In this document: positions 36,342 to 49,500 of the stretch, one piece after another | Numbering within the stretch: position 1 is the first letter of the stretch | Layout of the letters: every line of letters starts with the position of its first letter | From: Amoebophrya sp. A120 | Taxonomy: Eukaryota > Protista > Dinoflagellata | Length of the DNA stretch: 64,000 bases | Assembly: GCA_905178155.1 (NCBI GenBank) | Contig: CAJINV010000010.1 | Location: 1,160,709 to 1,224,708, forward strand | Direction of reading: 5' to 3' | The notes under the pieces: generated by a model | Told to the model about the DNA's origin: nothing | The model's database searches: none | What the model saw: only the letters and a program-made list of their open reading frames with translations | Program-made: the position numbers and the translations under genes

Positions 36342-39300
36342 ATGTCGACTTCCAAGAAAGCTGCGTCTGCCGGCGCGAGTCCGAAACAGCAAAGTCCGAA
36401 GCAAAAGGCGAAGGCAAAACCTCCGACGTCTACTGTTCCTGCAAGCAAGGTCCAGAAGACCGGCTACACTTCTTCCAGCAGTGACGATGCAGAAGAAGTG
36501 TCTCGCACAACTCCGCCTGCTCCTACTGCTTTCTCAGCAGGAGCGTCGTCCCCGTCTGGAGGTGCGGGTGAGGTCGCACAGCAGGCGGCCTCTGGTGCCA
36601 AATCATCTGGAGCCGCCACTGCTTTTCCAGGACAACATAAACCACGCACAGGCTATACTTCTTCCTCGAGCGAAGATGTCGAAACTGCTCCAGTTCTTGT
36701 GAACAAAAAAGCTGCCTCGACGACGTCCCCTCCCACAACATCTGGCGCTACTGCTGCTAAGGCGAAGGTGGCAACAACGGCAGATGTTGCCAAGGCGGAG
36801 GCCTTGTTTCAAGTTAATTCTAGTACTGCGTCGCAACAAGGGCAGGCACCAGAAATTAGGAAGCGAACCGGGTACACGTCGTCTTCTAGTGAGGAAGTCA
36901 CCGGCCCTGCAACGGCGAAGGCGAAGCCTAGTGCAGGAGCTGCGGTTGGTAGGTCTGCTGCGCAAGTTGCTTCTTCTCCAACTACCGCGACTTCAACAGT
37001 AAAATCACCAGGCGGGCCGCCAGGCCGAACGGGGTATACATCTTCCAGCAGCGATGAGCAGGTGGGGCGTGGCCTTTTTAAGTCTGCCGAACTCAAGTTA
37101 AGTGATGGAAATAAAGTTTCAGCCTGACAGTGAAGAGCGCTTTGCATGGAAAATGGGAATATTATGTTTTGATGTAGATGCAATTGCAAAATTCAGCAGG
37201 GAACGACATCGGCGCACTACTGGCCCTACCCGTGTACTAACTATTCTGGAACTGAGGAGTGCAAAAAGTAGTACGAAAGAAATTGATATCGAGACTGATG
37301 TTGATATACTTCTTGTGCAAGGCTGAAAATTTTCTCGAGGATACTTCTCCGTCCCAAGTACTACTGATAGAGAACCACCACCAATAAAAGCGGGTTCGTC
37401 ATCAACCGGCAAAGTAGCTGGAGATACTACAACCGCTACCGCCGCGACCAAGAGAACGGGCTACACCTCCTCGTCTAGCGATGTTGACATCGATACAATC
37501 TCCCCGGCGAGCAAAAAAGCTTCTCCGGCGAAGGCAAAACCAAAAGAGTTATCGCCGTCATCGCCACACCTGCCAGGGGGACAAAGTGGAACACAAAGGG
37601 AGATAATGTTGAAAACGGGCTACACGTCTTCCAGTAGTGACGACGTGCGCATGTCATTTTCAGGGACGAGGGCTGGTACACAGCTGCCAAAGGGAACTAC
37701 CAAGGCCAAAACGAAAGCAAAAGCAGCGACTGGTGCCACGGAAGACGAAGAAGGTGTTGTTGCTAGTACTATGCTGGAGCAAGGACAGCAGCGGCCGAAG
37801 CAAGCTGCAAAAAATCCCGAAAAATCTCCACCGCCTGCGTCGTCAAGAAAGAATCAGCGTACGGGCTACACTTCGTCATCCAGCGATGATCTCGGGCTGG
37901 ATGCAGTCGCAGGAGCGAAAGCCGCGATTAGTGCGTCCACGCCGAAGCAAGGTGGAGCTGGAGGAAAAGCTTCGCCTTCAACAGTCCCGCCAGCGGCTGC
38001 TGGACAAGGAAAGAAGACCGGATATACGTCTTCAAGCAGTGGAGAGGACCACGTAGGTGCTGTAAGTGCACCAGCGAGTCCTTTGGCCAAGAAAACTGCA
38101 ACAGGAGGTGAAGCACCAGCAGCCGCTACCGGTGCTGCGACGTCTAGTACTCTCGGTGAGGCCATTAAACTACAAGCCAAAGCGACGAGCATTCTGCCTA
38201 CATCAGGAGCAGTTGCGAAACAAGTCAAAACTGGCTACACTTCCTCCTCCAGTGACGACCTTGGGTTTACGCCGGCTTCGAGAACGCAACCGGCGACATC
38301 TGGCAAGGCGAAAGCGGGAACGAGTGCAAAAACCGCAATGCCGACGGAAGCGGCAACTGCAAGCGCGACTACAACGAAAGCTGGCGCTGGTGCCGCTGTC
38401 GCGGTAAAACCTAAACCTTCTACCGGCTACACCTCTTCCTCTTCTGATGACGTTGGGCTAGATGTAGCAGTGACCAGCACGCCTCCAAAAGGAAAAGCGA
38501 AAGCGAAAGCCAAATCCTCAACCGGCTACACCTCTTCGTCTTCTGATGACGTCGGGCTGGATGTTGTACAGGCAGCTAGTACTACCGCGCCGACAATAAC
38601 AGCGAAGGCTACAACACCCTCTAAAGCGAAATCCACCGGCTACACCTCTTCCTCCGATGACATTGGGCTGGATCATGTGCAGGTTACCACGCCTACTTCT
38701 AAGGCGAAAGCGAAGACAAAAACGGGCTACACGTCCTCCTCCAGTGACGACGTGGGCTTGTCTCTGGCGCCCTCCATGATGGCAAAGCGAATGGCCGCGC
38801 AGCCGGTAGAAGTTCCTGCGGAGGAGAAGGCAAAACAGCCAGGAGCTGCAGGTTTTAAACCCAAGCAGCCGCCCTTGAAAACGAGGTACACTTCTTCGTC
38901 CAGCGATGAGCAGGTTTTATCCGGCGCCACTGCTGCAGTTCTTGCCAAGGCCAAACCACCAACAGGAAAAGCCATCACTTTCAGAGATGAAAACATAGCC
39001 TCTTTCGCCCCAGTCGTGACGGAGACAGGACAGGCACAGGCAGGTCTTGGCGCTGGCGCCAAGGGGGAACAAATTGCGACAAGTACTAAAGCTGCAAAAG
39101 GGGATCATGGCGAGGATGATTATTCCGACGAGTCAACATATGGATGTGTCAGAGTTGAAATCGACAAAGTTGAAATAATTTGTGATGCATAAAACGGATG
39201 CCAGTTGGTGCTTAGTTTTCAAGTGGCGCATGACAAATTTGGGTAGAGCCGAAATCCAGTCTGTAATGCTGTTTGGCTAAGGAAGACGCCTTTTGTCATG

Positions 39301-42105
39301 CTATTTTAGCAGCTCTATTTAGACCGCCCCTCAACAGGCTTGCAATCTGCCTCCCTTGCCTACTCTGCATGACAAGCATTTTGTGGGTTGCATTTTATGC
39401 ATCACAAACTATTTCAACTTTCACTTTGACGATTTCAATCCTGACGCTTCCATGCAACATCCGAGGTCGTGTCTTCCAGCGACGACATGAAACTCTCCAT
39501 GGTGCATTATCCTGTGCAAAAGTATCGTACTCGTAGTAATCGCAGTGATGCAATACAAATTTTCATCTCAAGGTAAAACAGCATTTACAAATTTCATTTG
39601 TCATGCTGAGGTAATTTGTAATGCGATTACTACTAGTACGATACTTTTGCAATGCATATGCATCCCGCAAAGGCGAAAGCCAAAAAAGTAACGGCTACTG
39701 CGAAAATCACGAAAGCAGCACTGGAAAAAGCCGACGCCGGCGCAACGTCTTCTTCCGATGACCATACCACTTTGACGATGGGACCGGCGAAAGCCAAGGC
39801 GAGGCTGGGCGCGTATGGGACTCTCAAACGTTATATTCTCAACTGTTACATGAATTTGTCATGCAAAATTGGCACCAGCGTCTACATGATCAATCTGCTT
39901 CGCATTACAAGTTCTCGGCGCGCTAGATAGCATTGCAATCTGTTCCAAACATGTAATGCAAAATGCGCAACCTTCTCCCTTTCACTTTTGCCATCCTTGC
40001 ATTACCAATTCACGTAAAAGCTGAGAGTGTAACGTGTGAGAACGCCATAGCGAGCCCAAACAAACGCCGGAGTTTCTGCATGGTGCGACCGAGAGTGAGG
40101 CAGAGGGGGAGCAAAGAACGCCTGTGGACGCGGAGGTTTTGATCTCCCGGTCCAGCATTTACAAATCGATCGAAATTGACGATATTGGGCCGATTGAGGT
40201 ATCTTCTACTCCGGCCGCGAGGGAGGAGGACAACGTATTGCGAAAAATCCAGGAACACGAGGAAAAGAAAAAGCAGAAGGTGCACGATCAGCAGCTCACA
40301 AAAACGATCGCCCCTCGGATCCGACCCGAAGGCGAACGCGGACCGCCGCCCGCGAAGGTGCAGCCTCAAGGGACTGTAGTTTCTGCTGCGGTTGAAAAAG
40401 AAGACCTGCTTCTCACAACTCCCTCGCCAGCCTCGGAGAAGAAACAGCGCACTCGGCCAGGGAAAACAAAGAAAAGTGAAACACAATCACCAAAAAAAGT
40501 ACCGTTTTTCGTGAAAACCCCGGAAACGAATTTTTTTCGGCCGAACCGAGCAAATAAACAGGAGTCACTGCATCAGAAATCCGCCGCTGAGCTCGAGAAG
40601 CAGAAGTACCAGTTTCAGTGTACCTTGGTGCAGAAGTACGGCAGTATCTGCCAGGCGTTTGAGGCATTGGATATCCAGAAGCGGGGGAAGATCACCGTGC
40701 AGGAGTTTATGGTGGCGACCGTGAAAGTTTGCACCTACAACGGGGTTGGCCTCTGCAAGGACGGCGAGGAGGCAAAGGAACTTTTCCACGCGCTGAAGTA
40801 TGCATTGCAAAAGTATGGCGCTTGTAGTAAGCCTAAGCGTAGGCATGACCGACACATGAGGATGAGTATGACAAGTCTCCTTCTCAATGTAAATCAGCAT
40901 GACGAATTGCATCTTTATACGTGACTACAGAATTATTTGCATTGCACATAATGGTGCAAAAATCACTACAACTAGTGCGATACTTTTGCATGGGATATCA
41001 AGACAAACGGGGTTTTTCTGATGCGGGAACATCTCGGCATTGACCAAAGCGAGTGGGACGCATATCGGGCGAAAAAACAGAGAATGAGGTATGTTAATGT
41101 TTTTCTTTTTTAGCCCGAAGTTTAAGTCGAAGTGGCATGATTTCTATGTAGAATAAGCTGAGGCACATGCACAGGTAGCATCACCTTTTCACCTCCTCGG
41201 TACGAAAATGATGTTTATCAATATCACTCGACAAAAGCTCAGAATGTCGAATCCTTTCTTCGAGGTATGTCGAGTACCGGCGACACATGCGACTGGCGAA
41301 ACGACAGGCGTTACTCGATCGGGTCAGGCAAGACTTTGTGATGAAGAACAAGGACAACATTTTGTACGAGATCCAAGATAAGGATAGTAACGCGCCCGGT
41401 TCTAGAAGAAGTCAAGGAGAAAATTATCGAGACGTCGGAAGTGAAGCGCCAACATCTTCTCTCCTTCCCGCAGCGGCCTTCAAGATTCGTTACCGCGACG
41501 CCTTCAACACGAGCAAAACGCAAGTGATCCGGAAGCTGGTGCAGAAAAACCAGAAACTGCAAGAGGAGCTGAATTTGAAAAACACACTGCTGGACGAATT
41601 GCAATTACGCTGCGAGGAGCTCGGAAGCCAAATTCAGTTTCCTGTCATGTTGAACACGGCAACGAGTAGTGGTGGGCCAGATGTTGAAATAGCTGCTTCG
41701 ACAACAAATGAAGCCGGAGTTCCTGCAGAAAGTAACCAAGCTGCGACAACGCCAACCTCGCCTACGTCTGGTCGTCATCCGCAAAAGAACAGCCAAGCAG
41801 ACGGCGACGACAGTCCCGCTCCACGGGAAACCGCCGCGGAGCGAGCCGCGTCGAAAACGTCGAACATAAGTCTCAACGAACTGTTACTCCGGCGCGCCGC
41901 GGGGCAAACGGTCGGGTTTGCGGGGGTGGAACTACTACAACCTGGAGGAGCTGCAGTGCCCGAGAGGGCATCGGGTAGAACGAGGTCGTCTGTTTCGGCA
42001 AATTTGGAGGATTTGGTGGCGACTTGCGAGAGGAATAACGAAATGCTGGCAAAGCACCGGGCGTATTTGCTGCAGTTACATGAGCAACTGGTGGAGGAGT
42101 TTTAG
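36342..42105 (+). CDS. Low-complexity protein with about 14 TGYTSSSS(D/E) repeats, an EF-hand-like segment and a C-terminal coiled coil
   Basis: Exons 36342-37061, about 37327-39138 (acceptor unresolved), 39460-39507, 39664-39813, 40055-40798, 41003-41088, 41265-42105; EF-hand-like AFEALDIQKRGKITVQEF. Confidence 0.75.
39139..39454. mobile_element. Introner, family F (ends ATG)
   Basis: TATGGATGTGTCAGAGTTGAAATCGACAAAGT TIR; DR CAACA/CAACA. Confidence 0.9.
39508..39658. mobile_element. Introner, family B
   Basis: DR TGCAT/TGCAT. Confidence 0.9.
39814..40049. mobile_element. Introner, family E
   Basis: DR GCGCG/GCGAG. Confidence 0.9.
40799..40997. mobile_element. Introner, family B
   Basis: DR TGAAG/TCAAG. 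Confidence 0.88.
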
Positions 42106-43560
42106 ATAGAAGAGCATAGTAGGCAGAAGCTTCCTGAAAAAAACTAGAACATCGTTTATTTGGAAACCTGCAAGGTGGCGCCGGCAAATCATATACGCTA
42201 ACTTTGTCGCAACTAATCTTACTTACTTAACTTTTACCTTTGCACACACTCAATTCCTGCTCAGCTTGTCGCTGAAGCAAATTTTTGAGAAAGTTCCATG
42301 TTTTTTTTTTGTAATTCGATAGTTGACTCAGTCACATGCATAGGTAAAATTGTTTCTTTCTTGTCATCGAAAACCATTTATGATGTGTGTATCCTTGTCA
42401 TTGTCGCCACTCAAGCACGAGTGCAGATGACGTCGCCTCCACCGTGCCAGATGAACGAGAAATTGTTTCATAACTTTGGAAAAGAGAAAAAACTACTGAT
42501 GTGCAAGTGTATCTCTGGTTTGGTTTGACTTCGTTGATATGAATCCACAGATATCATATGAGATTTTTGCTGGGCCTCAGCGTTTGGAAGAAAGCGATCT
42601 AAAGTCAAATTCTGGTATAGGTCGATTGATGTTCTTTACAACTCGTGCACGCCTGGAAGAAGAAAAGAGCTTTTTTTTTCTGCATCATAATTTTAAAGAC
42701 CACAGTTATCTTTTATTCGTTTCCTTTTTGTTTTTGTGACCTGTGGGACATCCTGGTCGTGGTCCAGACGACTCCTGGTATGATCCACAGAGCTGTAACT
42801 TGAACCCCTTCGCCGTGCGCGAGTCTTTCTTACGCTTCGCGACTTTTTGCGCACCTTGGCGCCAGAGATGTGTCTCAAAGTTGAAACGCCTTGAATTCAT
42901 CTGCATGGTAGGAAAAATGCTACACCGAGGAGTGGTGGAGTCCACTGAAGAATTTCTGTTTTGAACGAAAAAAATGTCCTCGCCTTGCCGTCCCTGAAGG
43001 AAACTCCTCGCGTGATTTCTTTCTTCGTGGCGTGCTGTTTCACCTCGTGATAAAATTTAAACTCTTACTACAAATGTACGCCCATACTAGTTTTCTCAAC
43101 TATCCCTCTAACGCTGATAAAAACATTTCGATTTCGCTTCAAAATCAAAGCACCATACCGCTATGCCCACCTCGAGAATATGAGTTAACCCGTACGCACT
43201 TACGAAGTACAGCTTGACCAACATCTACTTGTACCTTACTAATCTATTCTTCGATACGTCTTCGCATTTCTTTTTCTAGGCCAAAGCACCCACTTCTGTA
43301 CACTATCACAATTTCAAAAAAATACACTACCTAACCTTGTGGTACACTATTACTAAATTCATTGTCGTTCTCGTTGTACACTAGTGTAATCAAAAATTTT
43401 GCAAGGGCGGCGCTTCACTCATTTTCCCCGCCGCTAGGGTACATTAAATCCATTAGTTCGTATTTCAACGCGTCGTTGTTGTCCCTTCTACGTCCGTAGT
43501 GGACGTGTTTTCCTTGCTTTAACCGCTCAGCATTGAGTCGCATCTTCCTCCGCGGCGGCA

Positions 43561-46500
43561 ATGAGCACCAGGGAAAGCGCCGCAACCACTCAAGATCCCT
43601 TACGGGATCCAGCCAGCCTTGCCTCGGCCGCAGATCCGCTACGGGGAACTGGTGCGACGACGACAGCTAGTGGCAACGTCATGCCGAGCAGAACCTCAGA
43701 CCGAGAGGCCAGCAGGCACGAGCCTCCTGGATCTGGAAACACTTCTACTGGCATCAACAACGACCAAAACCTCGCAAATGATAGCCTTAACCCTCGCTAC
43801 ACCGACTATCTGGAGTCTGGTGACGTGGAGCTTCTTAACGGGGCCGTCGGCGGCGCGATCAAGGGGGGGAATAACATCGGGAAGGAGACGGCGGAATTTG
43901 ATTACGCGGAAAAACTATTCAACGTGGACTACATGGCAAACGTCTTGCAGAAGACGGACGCGATCATTTTGGAGAAGAAGCTGCAAATTAAAAACTGGGA
44001 GGAAACAAAGCGGAAACTGCTAGTCGTGTTGATTCTCCAAGCGCTTCTCGGAATCGCGATCGCGGTTTACAAGACTTTCATGCAGCCCGATTTTGTCTCC
44101 AGCTCCGAGTACTATCTGCAGCCGGTGGACGTGGTGTTTTTGCTAGACTCCTCCGCCGTGATGAAGCCGAGCGCGGAGCAGCAGAAGAAAACAGTGCTGC
44201 AATTCGCAGACACGTTTTCCACGGTCTTGGACGATTTGAAAAGAAAACAAGAGAAAGAGTCGGAGAGTGGTGCTGCTGCGATGGTAAACAGTCGGGTCAG
44301 AATGCTCGGAGTGGACGATGATCTAGAAGGTCGCTCCGCGTCCAGCAGTGTCGTTGGGAGGCAAGAAGGTGGTGATCCCAGTATAATCGCTGTTCAAGAT
44401 GAGGAATACACCACGAAAAACGCCATCTGGCCCACGGACCACTCCGGGTTGCGCTTGAGTTTGACGCGCTATGCGTCGGTTTTACCGAATGGAGCGGTGG
44501 AAGATGTCGGGTTGACGGAGTTCGTGGCGGGAAGTTCTGCCGATCAGGGATCTTCATCTTCAAGTAGCGCCAGCGCAGCTCCAGGAAGGACCAAGAAACT
44601 TGACGAAAAACGTCTGCGCGACTACTTTTCCTGCCGACCCGCTAGTACGTACTATGGAAGAAAAAGTACAGGCAGTGCGCCGAGTGCTACAAACAAAAAG
44701 ACCATGCAGTATTCCGAATCTGACGCTGCTTTGTTCCCTGCGATGGAGATGTGCGGGAAAGTGCTGCAGCAGGAAGACGAATTCCACGCAGCGATCGAGA
44801 GAGTCCTGAAAGACGAGGAGCAAACCGTGCTCGACGTGAACCAGCCTATTGGGTGCCTGGTGAAAATCCACAACGAGAAACTGCCCAAATCCAGTCCGTG
44901 CTACAGCGCTGTCGACGGACAAAACCCCTTCCCGGGGAAGCTTTTCCCCCTAGTACCGACAAAATCTTCGGGATCATCTTCGATCAAAAATTACTACGTT
45001 GATATTGACGCGGTGGAGCTGTTTCACGCGGGCGCGGACAACGTCAGCTGTGAAAATCGGATAGCGTTTTGGCGGAACAAATGTGGAATAAAAACACCAA
45101 GTACTAGTAGCACACCAGCGATAGATGGACAGCAAGACGCACAATCTGCTATCAAAGTCCGTTACGTGGCGCCCCCGGCGTGGAAGGAATCTGAGCCGCA
45201 TTTTGTGGAGCGGAAGGACCGGCTGCATAGGTATTTGACTTCGAAGTTTGTGAAGGAATTTGGAATTTCGGAGCAAGACACGGAGGATTTGCTACTCGCG
45301 TTGGAAGACGACAGCGGGGCGGGAGCAGCAGCAGCTACGACAACTTCGATGGGAGCAGGTGCAGCCGCAACCGAACAGGTTTTCCACCTGCCAAGCAACA
45401 TGTTCGGGAGTTTCCCAAAGCATTCAGTGTGTGTGCAGAGTGAAAAAATGGTGAGTCCACCTCCGACGATAAGCAAAGGCGGGGTAACATCAAAAACTGA
45501 AACCGGAATCACGTCTCCGTCTTCTTCACCGCTATTGAGGCAGTACCAGATTGAGATGCCGGTGGATCCGGAGGAAGCTACTGATGGAGGATATGCATTG
45601 CAAAAGTGTCTGGGTCTGGAAGAGTGCAGCTTGTGATGCTAACTTTGGACTCGAAAGAAATTTGTATAGCTAAAAGAGCAAGAGGACTCCAGTTGTCGCT
45701 ATGCGGAGACGGCATTTGTCATGCGGGATCGATTGTCTTCAAGAAGCCCGTAACAAACCTGTGATGCAGCTAGGGCATGCATCACAAACATCATGGGTCA
45801 TGCAAAATGTGCATGACAACGTTCCACTCTTTCAGACCCAGACATATTTGCAGTTGTGCATAGAGGAAGCGACAGCACAACTTCAGAGCACAAAACGACC
45901 ATGTTGAAAATCCTCCTGACTCAAATTGTTCCCGGGTCCCGGTATTTTGCGATTTCGATTGACCACACTTCGTCATCGACCACGACAGCAAAAAATCAAA
46001 ACCGCGATCTGTTCCTCCAGAAGCTGCTATGAACTGCAAAAGTATCGTACTCGTATATATGCATTACAAATCTCCTTAGCATGAGAAATAAAATCTGTGA
46101 TGCGGATTTGCCTTCAGAAAATGACTTGTAATGCAAGATTTGCATTTATACGAATGCGATACTTTTGCACAGGATAGCTGCAAAAACAGTGCAATTTGTC
46201 CACGAAGCCCTACGATTTGGGGAAAATTGACTGGGTCACCCGGGAGAAGTCCAAACGGTTCTGCGTCGTGCTATGGAGCTCTGAAGTGTTACATTCTCAA
46301 CTGTCATATGAATTTGTAATGCAAGAATGGGAAAATAAGTATAGGGGAGAAATTGCGCCTTTTGCATTCCAGGCTTGGCACAGATTCTAATGCTATCTAG
46401 CGCGTCAAGAACTTGTCATGCGAAGAAGGCTTGATGGTGTGAAGAGTCGTGATAGTATTTTTGCATGACAAGAAGTCATGTAACAGCTGAGACTGTAACG

Positions 46501-49500
46501 CTTGAGAGCCCCATACGTGCTAGGCGACCCCAGTTCGAAGTGTGAATTGGGCTCGGGGAAGGCCTTTCGCGATTTGCTGGACACTATGCGTTGCAGAAGT
46601 ATCGTACTCGTACGAATCGCAGTCATGCATGGCAGATTCTATGGCCTAAGGGAAAAGAGCATGACAAATTGCACTTTTGTTCTTTGAAAAAATTTGTCAT
46701 GCAATTTGTACTTCGTGCGATACTTTTGCCATGCATAGACACGATAAATTACCAGGGCAAGGAGGAAGAGTTGATCGAGCACTTCGGCGGAGATGACCAG
46801 GAGGTCTTGGGTATCCTGACCAAAAATGTACCCACCCCAGAGTTGTCATGCAGATTTGCAGCTACAGGGAGATTTGTAATGCGCATCCACATGAGAGGCA
46901 TTTCCAATCGCGTTTTGCGCTTTGTAATGCTGTCGACAGGATGAGTAGATGGATTTCTGTTGCGGCTGTGCTTGCTAAACTGCACTACAATACAGAGACA
47001 AACTTGTCATGCTGGGACCCCAAAACTTCTCGATTTGTGTTGCGAGATCCCCAGCTTGACTCTGGTGTGGGGACGTTTTTACATAGGATATTGGGCGGGA
47101 ATCCGTTCGAAAAAGGGCACGTGATGCTGGAAACTTGTGGGAAGATGATCGGTGGAAATGATAGTGAGAACAACGCTTTGATGCAGCAGTTATCTCCGGG
47201 AACAAGTGCTGGCATCAAAAGCCCCGCAAAGTCATCTTCTATTGACGAGCGTCTGCTGTCTGACATTAGCGAGGAAAAAGCGCAAGCCGGGGAGCTCCGA
47301 GGCCTGCAGGCGGTTTTTCACGCACGGCGAAGTAGTACAAGAGCCAACTCGTGGTCACTAGGAGCACATCAGTTTTCCAGCGGTGCGGTGGAAAAAGCTC
47401 TCGAGAGAAAGTTCCTGGGCTCGCGAGGACCGGCAGATGTCGGGGCGAATCATGATGCATGGGAGCTGCGAGCAGGAAGCAGCTCCTTCAATCTGAATGA
47501 TCAAACAGATCTTCATCTTCCTGGCAGCAGGAACTTAGCAGAAAGCACAGAAGCGGGTGCTGCAGTAGAGGATGAAGCATCTCCCACCTCACCGCCGTAT
47601 TCCCCGAAAACTATGGCCGAGCTGGACGCCTCGCTCGTTTTTCTCTTCTTTTCCCAACAGGAAAATCTCGAATCCACTCTCCTCTCCCGCCCCTCCACCC
47701 GGACGTTTTTCGAGAAGGCGACTGGGTGTGTGGCTGTGGACAACGCGTCCTCTTCGGGATCATCTGGTTCTAGTACAGGGGGAGCCAGTGCAGGCGGCGA
47801 TCAGTTCCAGTTAGTCGAACGCAACTCCCCCGCCGCTGGCACAACAAGCAGCGGCACAGCTAACACCCAGCCATCCCGTTGTGCGAAATTTGTCATCGCG
47901 AAGAACGATCAGGAGATGGACGAGGGTGTTAGAAGACTTGCGGATATGGTAAAAAACGACGCGTCGTCCGTGAGTTTCCCCAATGAGCAAAAGGACTGGC
48001 GGTACTTGTTCTTTCTACTCTTGGTGTTACCTCTAGTTCTCTTCCTTTTCGCGGAAAAGATAACCGCGGAATTCTGCGAGTTGAAGCGGAAGTGGCTGTT
48101 AAATAAAGCGAAGCAGAAAAAGTGCATCAAGGTGACGAAGCAATTAGTTGAAAAAGCGGAGGGGCAGCCAGTCCGGAAAACGGTCAAGAAAATCGTCGAT
48201 CATCAGAATTTGGAGTTGACCGACCTGGAAAACTTGCGGCCAAACGTGCGCGAGGGGGAGATGATTACGTTACGAGCGCGGTTGCACGGGGGCTACTTGA
48301 AATTTCAGGAAATGATTTGCTGTGAAGATGAAAATTCGTCGAACAACTTCATGCGGACAAGCTCCGCCACCTTTATGGGCGATTTTTTGGGTTTCTTCGG
48401 CGGCAATGTGGCGCAGGCGAAGCAGTTGCACAACTCGAGTAAAGTAGAAGGGGTGATTGATGAAAGTAGCAGCAGCAGCGAGGGAGAGGACGAGCAGAAC
48501 ACCTCCACCGTTTGTCCTGGAGATGAAGAGGAGCAGCAGTCTCCTGTGTCCAGCCAAGATATTAGCATGACAAATCAGGTGAAGAAGAAGGTTCAAAGTA
48601 AAAACAACACTCTACTCGAGTCTCAAGACCAGGAAGACGCCAGCTCGAAAGGGAGTTCAGGCAGTGGGAGCTTCTCCTCTACCTCCTCCGGGGAGAAAGA
48701 CAACAACTCCAGTTTTTGTTCCAGTAACAGCTCGGGTAGTTCATCATCATCATCATCCTCTAGTAGTGACAACAACTCGACTCTCTCATCGAACAAATCA
48801 GAAGACGACGAACTGGAAATAATCGAACAGAAACCGCCGAAATACGAGCTAACCGGCACCGGGAAGGTGCTGGAGGGGATGGAAGTCTCTTGGACACTAT
48901 ATGGCGTTCTTAATTGTTACATTCTCAACTGTTGCATGGATCTGTGATGCAAAAGCACCATCATCATCCACACGATCAAGCTGCTTCGCATGACAAATTT
49001 GCGAAGTGCTAAACAGCACCTAAATCCGTGCGGAATTTGTAATGCTACAGGCGCAACGTCCCCCCTTTCACGTTTCTCATTCTTGCATCACAAATCCATG
49101 TAACAGTTGAGAATGTAAGAGTTGAGAACGCGATACACTAGTCCGCGCGGACTGTGTGAAGATCGATCCGGAGTATTGCTTATCAAATGCAAAAATGTCT
49201 GGGTCTGGAAGATTCCGAAATTTGTCATGCTAGTCCGGCATGACTCTGAACTCTGTATTGCGTGGCCGCGAGGAGCTCCTACTCCCTGTCATGCAAGAAC
49301 GCAGTTTCTCATGCGGAGCACGCAACTCAGGCCCATGAAAGAAACTTGTCATGCTTGGCAGCGCATTACAGTGAGCTCATTACTCCCTTCCTTGCATCAC
49401 AAGTTTCCAGACCCAGACATATTTGCATTTGATATTGCTTCAAATACAACGACGTTGCGGAATTGCGGGCGGAGATTCCGAACAGCGAAATGACCGACGG

